From assembly GCA_038496445.1 (NCBI GenBank), contig JALMLS010000342.1:186001-250000 (forward strand): DNA of 64,000 nucleotides. The letters are read 5' to 3'. A program made the position numbers and the translations under genes. This document shows positions 55,223-64,000 of the stretch, piece after piece. Each line of letters begins with the position of its first letter. Position 1 is the first letter of the stretch. The DNA is from Trichosphaerium sp. ATCC 40318 (Eukaryota; Protista; Tubulinea). The notes under the pieces are model-generated. The model was not told the origin of the DNA. It saw only the letters and a list, made by a program, of their open reading frames with translations, and did no database searches.

Positions 55223-57056
55223 TTAAGCTGACGGCCGTATGAATGGATGAAAGTATGCGCCAAGAATAACAGCGATGTAACAGCCCACGCAAAATGCGCC
55301 GTCCCAGAATGAAAGCTAGAAATAATACATTTAGTATTTGCTACACATTAACAGGGTATTCAGTTACCTCATAATGTGAAATCATATCACGTGACATGAC
55401 AATAGCACCAAGTGTAACTAAAAATGGAAACGCTGCGCTTGCAAGAGCCATTGGCACGTTTAAGCACCACCTGCGTTGATTTAGTTTCTAACCGTTTTGA
55501 GAAACGCTTACCCAAGGATAACAAGAATAGGTAGCGATAAAATCAAGGTTTGTATGCAACCTAAATATAAAAATGGGATAACTTCGTCCATTTTGTTTTT
55601 CATGGCCTTTTTAACTGTAACGAGGAATAAACCTCCTTGAGATACTATCGTCATGTTAATTTAAATCAGTTCTATTACTTTATACCTATAGGTAACAAGA
55701 TCATGCCAATGAAGGTGTACTTTTCTCCCCAACCTTTCTTTCCAATAGAAGCCGGTTCTGTAACATGCGCTATACCTTCTGCAAGAATATAACCTTCGAA
55801 GCCAATCAACGATACTGCTAATGTAAAGACAACAATAGATCCTATCTTTCCCAGAACTTTATAATCGTGGACTGTTACCCACTTTATACCTCTATTGGGT
55901 TGAATGATGGTAACAGCATAAAACACGGGATACAAGCACATAATTACAAAGGAAGTATATCGTGAGAGGTTGACCTGTAAGAGTTAGTTACAATGAATCT
56001 TGATTTTGTCTATGTACCAAAGACGCTCTAGATGCTTGTCCGCCATCTACACTAATACTAATAGATAACGATAGCGGCATACCTACCAGAAACAAAAGTC
56101 CAAGTGCCATATTCGCGATCATACGAACAGGCTTTTTGGTGGTAATCTTTAGCGAAGCAACGTACTTCTTGCATCCAGCTTGAGATAATTAGACTCTCGA
56201 CAATAAACTGTTACTTACCAACAAACACTGACATCCCAAATATAAGCAATACTTTAGAAATGATTGTACCTAGCATGTAACATTCAAGCAAGTGTAACAT
56301 GCCAAGTTGTTGCAATTGATAAGTACGCATGTACTTGGATTTAATTAAAACTAGACACAGTGAGCAATCATGATAGAGCTTGTTAGCGTATAACGTACTT
56401 ATTATTGCAACTATAATATGTTGCAAGTTTCCAAGGACACCACGAAGGAACAGCATTAGGAAAGGTGCAGGATTATAAGCTTCCTCGATTTGATCAACAG
56501 CAAATCTCTGTAACAAACAAGACCAGTTAACAAAGTACAACTACAATCCAACGTACCAACGCCCAACCCAATGGCACCAGAGACAAGAGTGCCAATACAA
56601 ATTGAGCAGTACCTCCCCAAGACGGAAATAAGAATACCAAAAAGCTAAATGGTACAACTGCTAACAGAATATTGGACCAATTTGATGTAAGCACCTACTG
56701 TAATTAAGATAAACAGGGTGGAAATTAGTACTTGCCTCAAAAGTGCACCATAGCGTTTCTAGTGGATATCTCGAGCATCCTTGCTTTGTTCTTGCCTATA
56801 TTACGTAAGTGTCATACTGTACAACAAATGCAAATGTATTTACATTAGATTTTACGCCTACATCGATGGTAGGGTCTTCTTGCGTGATGAGGTCGTCAAC
56901 AGACGTGTCTTCGTCATTTTCTTCATCACCAAGAATCTCCAGTAAGTTGTCGCGCTGATCATAGACTATATCATCTTCTTCAGCGTCACTATCGCGTTTT
57001 TCAATATCTGACAGCAAGGAGAGCTCTTCAACAGATTGGGCTTTGCCTCTCCTCAT
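55223..57056 (-). CDS. Divergent CAX/VCX1-family cation/H+ exchanger-like membrane protein
   Basis: FVLALLSLVPLGWAL, GVLGNLQHIIVAI, MLGTIISKVLLIFGMSVFVG, FIGMILLPIG, C-terminal WDGAFCVGCY follow the CAX helix order. Confidence 0.72.
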
Positions 57057-57495
57057 TTATAACCAACGTGATTGACTAATAGCTCGTTCTCTCAGTTTTT
57101 GTAATTTAACCGCCCAGTTTTAAGTGTTGTCCGCTTTAAGGCATTACATCCAAAGGCCGCTACTTCTCAAACGTATAGAACGCACTACTCGTTCATAATA
57201 ATAATATTTACGAATCTAAAATACAAACAGTAACTATGTCAGGGCTAAAGTTCACCAAAAAGCAAATGCTGGGTAGGTAGATACTCCACATGCGAAATAC
57301 AGTGTATATTCCGTAAACTAATACGTAACAGATATAGAGACGTTCGAGAGCCGCCTCGTGGAGCGCTGTGCAGAAATCAATAACCAGAGGTTGAAATATC
57401 AAGGTAGCCTGCAATTTATTTCACCAAACGGTAATTACTGACGAAGTGTCTGTTTTTAGTTTATTTCATTGCATTAATTTGCTTGAACGTGTCAA

Positions 57496-58487
57496 ATGGC
57501 TTCCTTTGGTGGCGTTATTGGAGTGTTCGTAGTACTGCAAAATCCACACGTGTTAACTCAATCACTAGGAGATACTTGATGCCTTTGATTCCCCTTGGAA
57601 ACTTTACGTATTTGCGCCACCTTTAGCATGTGCGGTATTCCTGGTGTATCTGTTATTGAGCGGGAAGTACAATGAACTCAAGGAGAACGAGAGGTAGACA
57701 TGTTTGTATAAATTTGTTCTTAATCTGTTGTAGGTATACGGAACGGTGCAATATTATGTTACGTAAATTCAATTTGTACTTTAACGAAGATCGCGGGAAA
57801 TTGTATCCTCTCCCAGCACAAAGAAAACAAAGGTATGTCAATAATTTATCACCGTATGTGCATCTCTTATGAACTTGAGCAGACCCCTGGTAAAGGTGAG
57901 ACGCCCATATCGTCTTCAAAATCATCACGCACGAAGCTTACGCCATGTTACAACGACAATAGTTTGATGATGTACAAATTGCTGCATTTAAACAGGTTGG
58001 GCATTGTCTCTTTTCTTTTTTTTTTTGACATTTGACCATTTCATAGCTCCACACATTGCTCTAGATCGTTGGTATCCAAGAAAGTCTCGCGAAGACCTTT
58101 TCGAGTGTCTATAATCTCTCGGTTGTGTTGGCAAATCATACAACATAAGCAAAATGTCCAGCTCAAGATATCGTTGCAGCGATCAGTCTTGGGTTTACTG
58201 TTAGATATTTGGTTTGGGTTGGTCCTTTACCTTCATTCCATATTTTGCTCTTATTTGTTGCCGTGTGAAGTAAGGATTTGGTAGACATAGACAGTCGAAA
58301 CATGTACATGCGCGTTGATCAATCTTTTTGGCGTCAACAGAATTGTAAAATAAATTATTTGTTTCAAAAACAAATAAGGTTTAAATACGCACTCTGGCTT
58401 TATTTACAGCCGCCGTGTAAGGTGGTAATAAGCATGTTAAAAAACAAACTTTGGGATCGCTTGTACAATCTAGTAACGCTGCCTTGA
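57496..58487 (+). CDS. Possible multi-exon hypothetical protein
   Basis: ATG at 57496 followed by short exons and canonical introns; no recognised family; end uncertain. Confidence 0.3.
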
Positions 58488-58875
58488 AGTCCGTCATAAG
58501 CTAGTTAGCTTTCTTATAGAAAATGGCTTATTATTTTTCTAAAATAAGCGTGTTAGCTTTAAAACAACACCATAAGCGTACAATATACTCCCAAAGCTTT
58601 AGGATACCAAGCAAAGAGTTTTTGTACGTCACAAGTCTAAGAAAGGCACGTGCCTTTTTAGTGAGCTCTTATGGCAAAACGTGTCGTTGACTAAATAAGG
58701 CAGTCTCGCAATGAGTGTACGTCACCAAATACAATACGTTACAGGATGTAAGACACAGTTGCTTGGCGCTTTGTAGATGCGTTTTTGAGGCTGCAAAAGT
58801 ATTTTTTGAGAGAATTCTGCGATAAATGTCTGGTGGCTTTTGAACGCACAATTCTTTTGCTTTCCAGTGAGAAAC

Positions 58876-61632
58876 ATGGCAGAACCAACAGCAGTGCGTG
58901 AGTAATGATATCAATATAACTAAACGACTACCAAGGCACCAAAAGAACTAGGACGTATTATTTCTGCGTTGGCGTTATCAGAAAGAAAAGCCCAAGCAGT
59001 TGCAGAGCTTACTTTAAACGTGGTTGACGCGCCAGCCGATGAAAAGACGTTTTTGCTCAAGTTAATCACTCGCACACTCGACAAAGCGCTCTCTGAAGCC
59101 AGTGTAGATGTTAAAGACGCAGGAGAGATCGTAGGGAAGTACATTACATCAAGCGCAGACACCGCAAAAATCTTGTACGCATTACGCCTGCGTATTTTTT
59201 TTGACTGTATTTACAAGTGCGGAGCGTATTCAAAGCGCACTTTTGGCTCCTGGTGTATCTCAAAATATTTGCACAAATGTCAAGGTAATAGCCACCATTC
59301 GCGCTAATTCTAACGTCGTTATGCTAGACTGGTCATCGTACCCACTCTTGCAATTCTTTGAGAGTTGCGCATGTAGGACAAACCGTGACCCTTTCTGGTT
59401 GGGTACAAAAGATTCGGTACGTTTGTAGGCGATGCGCAGTCACTAACTCTACCAAGTGACGTAAAGAACGCCGTTTTTATTGACTTGAGAGATCGCTACG
59501 GTATCACCCAAATTGCTTTACCAAAGGATAAGACTCCAGAACTCGTTAAACAAGCACAAGAATTTGGCACGTAGAACTTTTTTCATTGTTTGCCTATGCT
59601 TCATTAAACACTTACAAAGAACGTAGGCCGCGAATGGGTAATTAAAGTAGTTGGCGTTGTAATTGAGAGACCAAACAAGAACAAGAAAAGACCAACTGGA
59701 AACATTGAAGTCAACCCAACTTCCATCACTGTTTTGAACAAATCCCAGACACCTCCATTTTTGATTGAGGTGAGTTAAATATTCTTCATTCCACTGCATC
59801 TTACAAGACCTCCTCAGGACAAAACTGACGGCTTAGAAACATTGCGTATGAAGTACAGATTTATTGATATCAGACGTGACCCAATTAAAAACGCTTTGAT
59901 CTACCGTCATAAGTGCGTAAACGAATTAAAAAAAATATGTACTCGCTCCGTATTTACACACGTTGTAGTCTTGCTCAGATTGTACGCCGTTTCTTGACCG
60001 CTGAAGGATTTATTGAGGTCGAAACACCAACTTTGATCAAATCCACTCCTGAAGGCGCAAGAGATTTTGTTGTACCTTCTCGTAGAGAAGCTGGAAAGTT
60101 CTATGCTTTACCTCAATCACCACAAACTTTCAAACAATTATTGATGGTAGCTGGTATCGATAAGTACTTTCAACTCGTCAAGTGCTTCCGTGATGAAGAA
60201 TTACGCGCTGACAGACAACCTGAATTCACCCAAATCGATTGTGAAATGTCATTTGTAGAACAAGAAGACATCTTGGCTGTTTTTGAAGGATTTATGAGAA
60301 CAGTATTCCGTCAACTAAAGGGTATTGAATTACCACCATTCCCTCGCATCTCCTTTGAAGAAGCCATGACCAAATACGGTTCTGATAAGCCAGATACTCG
60401 CTTTGAGATGTACTTGAAGAATCTCAATGATGTTGTCAAAGACAAGGTGACATAATATGCCAAAGCATCTACAAGACAAAATTTTTCTTACATTATTCTA
60501 AATAGGGTTTCTCTGTTTTCGACAACGCTGAGATCGTAACTGGTTTCTGTGCCAAAAAGGCCGTCGCCAAATGGGGTTCAAAGAAGAAACTTCAAAAACT
60601 CTCCAAATACGCAACAAGCGACGCTATTGGCGCTAAAGGTAATGCTTGTCATAATTTTAACTAGTTACTAATTGTTTGTAGGACTTGTTTGGATTAAATA
60701 CGAAGCTAACGGCAAAACAAAGTCAAGCGGTATTGACAAGTTCTTCTCTTGTGAGCAACAACTCGAATGGATGAAGCTATTCAATGCTGAGCCAGGCGAC
60801 ATGCTATTTATCTTTGCAGGTAACAGACTACCAACATTGGAAGCCTGCGGTAAATTCAGAGTACACATTGGTGGAGAATTGGGACTCAGGTACAACTTGG
60901 TTTTTCAAACTAGGCAAACGCGTTTATTTTTTTCTTAAATTGCTTTAGAACCAAGGACGTCTTTAACTTCTTGTGGGTCGTTGAATGGCCACTATTGGAA
61001 TGGGACGAAGATGAGAAGCGCTTCACAGCCATGCACCATCCTTTCACTGCACCTTACGAAGAGGACTTGGCGTTACTTGAGACTGACCCTGGTACGCACT
61101 TTGAACCTGTTGTGCCTGTTGTACTTCTAATACCGTTTAATAGGCAAAGTTCGTGCTATTGCCCACGATATGGTATGCAACGGTGTAGAGATTGGTGGTG
61201 GTTCCATTAGAATCCACGATACCGACTTGCAACGTAAAGTCTTGACACTTCTCGGATTTTCCAAGGAAGATGCTGAAGAGCAATTTGGATTCTTGATGGA
61301 GTCATTTACAAGAGGCGGTACGCCGTTTTAAGCATGTAGCCATCACATCTAATTTTCTCTGCGTAGCTCCTCCTCATGGTGGTTTGGCGTTTGGCTTTGA
61401 TCGCTTGTGTTCTGTACTAAACAACTCTGAGACAATCCGTGATTATATTGCTTTCCCAAAGAACAATCAAGGTTTGTACTTTTTTTTCTTGATTACCTAG
61501 TAATTTGGTAATTTAACTGTTCTTTTTAACATAGGTCGCGACGTTATGATTGAAGCACCTGGTCCTGTTTCTGGTGAACAACTCAAGGAACTTCACTTGG
61601 ACGTTGTCAAAAAACAAGAGCCAACAGAATGA
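58876..61632 (+). CDS. aspS: Bacterial-type aspartyl-tRNA synthetase (with GAD insert) carrying a ~110-aa N-terminal extension
   Basis: [97 protein letters not shown]. Confidence 0.96.
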
Positions 61633-61782
61633 TTTAATGCAGCCTGAAGTACTCTGTAAAAAAGTGGAAATAAAAAATTCATCTTTGTCCATTTATTCCG
61701 GGCGTCACGATTAGCCCTCACTCTGTCTAACTACCAAACACCAAAAAGCCAAAATGTCGCAAGAAAAGTTGTAAAAATACAC

Positions 61783-61914
61783 AAAACCTTCACACTTACG
61801 GGTCGTCCGCATGCAAGCTTTGATGCGATAAATCGCACGACGGTAAGGTACTGCCTCCAGACACGGCTACCGCTAGTCAAATACTAAAGTAAATGACGAC
61901 CTTTGCACATCCTC
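61783..61914 (-). ncRNA. Candidate structured non-coding RNA, copy 3 of 3
   Basis: Same 132-nt core ~49 kb from copies 1-2. Confidence 0.55.
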
Positions 61915-62046
61915 AAGTAAAATACCAAGGATTTTGGGTAAATAAAAAGAAGTAACTTTTACGAAATAAATTATTGTGGTTTTTAGTGAAAAGGCTCTAA
62001 GAACAACGCAGCCTACGTCAGCTATTCCCAAGAGCTTAGCAGTTTT

Positions 62047-62448
62047 GTGAAAATACACTATTTCCAAGAACTTCTAAAAAAAACCGCCGAATTGATGGAG
62101 CGGCACACAACGCAAGAAGCGCACCCACGAGCAGTACAGTTGATAGCTGTAGTACTACACCTATTCCCTTTTCACTTCCGTGTAAACAACAAAAGCTGCA
62201 AGAGGTTTGTTCAATTTGGGTGTGCAACCAACTTTCAATTCCCAACAACACGAAATCACTTTCAGACCCTTCTCCAGGCTTACGATTTCGAGTACTACAC
62301 GTTCTACGCGAAACGAATGAAAGATTCCGTGAAGCTAGCGCAGATTCGGATTTCGTTACGCCAATACTCGCTCGAAAAAGCGAAGCCGAAAACTCAAGTA
62401 GTGAGCTTTTTTACTGCCTTAAACAATCACGACTCCCCACAGATTTAG
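62047..62448 (+). CDS. Possible hypothetical protein (exon structure unresolved)
   Basis: GC-richer open frames with a plausible intron ~62204-62265; no family recognised. Confidence 0.25.
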   Translation: MKIHYFQELLKKTAELMERHTTQEAHPRAVQLIAVVLHLFPFHFRVNNKSCKRFVQFGCATNFQFPTTRNHFQTLLQAYDFEYYTFYAKRMKDSVKLAQIRISLRQYSLEKAKPKTQVVSFFTALNNHDSPQI

Positions 62449-62617
62449 CCCGCCAAGTTTTTGAGAAAGTACTTTGTTTCGCCCAATATTGTTGCTTGAA
62501 TACTATTCATAATTTTACTTTTTATTCGTTGTACAACTTTGGTTATTCCCGCAAGCATTACACTCTTGCGAACTTTTTTACAGTAAAATTTTTGAGTTTC
62601 ACATCTAGTTGTACAAT

Positions 62618-64000
62618 TTATCCTGTTTGGTATTCCTTAGAATTGTCTTGCTTTTTAAGAATAGCTTTAATAGACCAAGACAGTGCAGATGCATCTTTCG
62701 GGGCGTGAAGAGGGGGTAAGATTGTATCTTGAGGTGGGTACACGCAAACCAATGGCCTGTGAGGAGCCTTCTGGTAGAACTCGCTACCGTTTTCTGTGTA
62801 AAAATAATAATGCAGTTGGTATTGTCCTTTGCAGTTTCCTGATTGAATCGGCTCAATGTTGTCATAAGGCTGTAATCCAGCGTGCTTTAAAGAGAATTGG
62901 GAACCTAAACAAAATGTTAGAAAGTACAACAGAGATAGTCACTCGTTACGAGGGTATCTACTACTGACAGTAACTATTGCGTTGCAGGACTTACAGAAGG
63001 TTTTATACTCGGGTAGGGTCATTTCTTCTCGTAAATTGTTCGGTATTTTTGACTCCTACGCAAAGATAAGAAGGAGATAATTAGATTTATCCTGTGCGTC
63101 ACATGATTTAAAACGAGTTTTTTTACAACTTCGTCGGGAGTTGTAGGTTAATTATTTTGTAACAACGTGTTTTGTTTTGAAATACGTACTGAGCAGATGG
63201 TGTTCGAGTGACGCGCAATAGCTGAAGTGTTGTACAAAATGCTTTATAATGTGAAACACAACTTTTATTTAATTAACCCATTAGTTGCTCCAAAGCACTC
63301 GTAGATGAGAGATAGCGTGACCACCCTTCGTGTTCAGCTAACAACCCCCCATAATGGATCAGAGAACTTTTTCCATACCACGCTAGTTCAAATGTTGAAG
63401 CAAGATAAAAAAAAATACGCACCAGTCTTCAACACATCCAGAATTAGAGAAATGGTGTAAAGTTAAAAAGTGTTTTCTTTATCACTTTTAGTTTGGGTGA
63501 TATTGCCTTACCTCCGTGCAGTTGTTGAGCTTAATTGTTTTAAGTGCCTTCATTTCAAAGGGTGCTTACCCAGTTGGCGAGATTTGGTTGGTTCGTAATT
63601 GTACCTTTTGCAAAACCGCACCGTTCCGTTGTGCCTCCCCACGTGATTTATTTGAGACTCACGTGATTTTCTTGTCTTGTATCGACGCAACATCTAGGTC
63701 TTCTACGGTAACAAAAATAAAAACCAAAAAAGAGCTATGGTGATCAGACGTACCACATTAAGAATTTAACAAATACAAAGACGGAGGTACGAATCTGCAC
63801 TAGTACTACCATTTCCCAAGCTTTGTTCTGACTATTCCTAATTCGCAAAGGCTTACCCCAGCGTCACAACGCGTCTTGAGGCTCAATCCGTCACACAGTA
63901 CGATGGTTTTTTATGTATAAACCATAACTCGAGGTATACTACCTCCAGTGCCTCAGATCAAGTATGCATGCGATAAAATACAGCGACAAAGCCAGGTGCG
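62618..64000 (-). CDS. Hypothetical multi-exon protein, 3' part (probably begins beyond the window)
   Basis: ~95-codon terminal exon plus upstream exons (LDVLKTAWYGKSSLIHYGGLLAEHEGW..) with canonical introns. Confidence 0.5.

Noticed and set aside
57496-58487. PIG-Q/GPI1 assignment
   Set aside because: Only a weak LLDIWFG resemblance; the conserved PAGLKLN region is not found

Overview
Gene-dense, AT-rich eukaryotic nuclear DNA with about 30 protein genes split by many very short introns (mostly ~35-55 nt, dominant donor GTAC). A Dictyostelium-type STAT, a copine, a RapGAP and the GTAC donors point to an amoebozoan protist (inference). Recognisable genes: GH27 alpha-galactosidase, CDK7, TOM1-like VHS protein, copine, BMS1, a SET protein, PWP2, STAT, V-ATPase subunit d, VAP, mitochondrial EF-Ts, ZZZ3, TRAPPC6, a Ca2+ P-type ATPase, a DUF547 protein, U1-C, CMC4, a CAX-like exchanger and a bacterial-type AspRS. 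The most unusual elements are: (1) three copies of a 132-nt, indel-free, non-coding, hairpin-forming element ending in T-runs (candidate unknown structured RNA gene family); (2) an apparent Ras-like GTPase-RapGAP fusion gene; (3) two inverted paralogues of a secreted RN[ND]-repeat beta-solenoid fused to a chlorophyllase/cutinase-like esterase; (4) a PX + degenerate DUF294-like nucleotidyltransferase + TPR protein; (5) an intron-rich Bacteroidota-like AspRS with a non-mitochondrial N-terminal extension. Gene models were spliced by eye, so boundaries are approximate and no database search was run.
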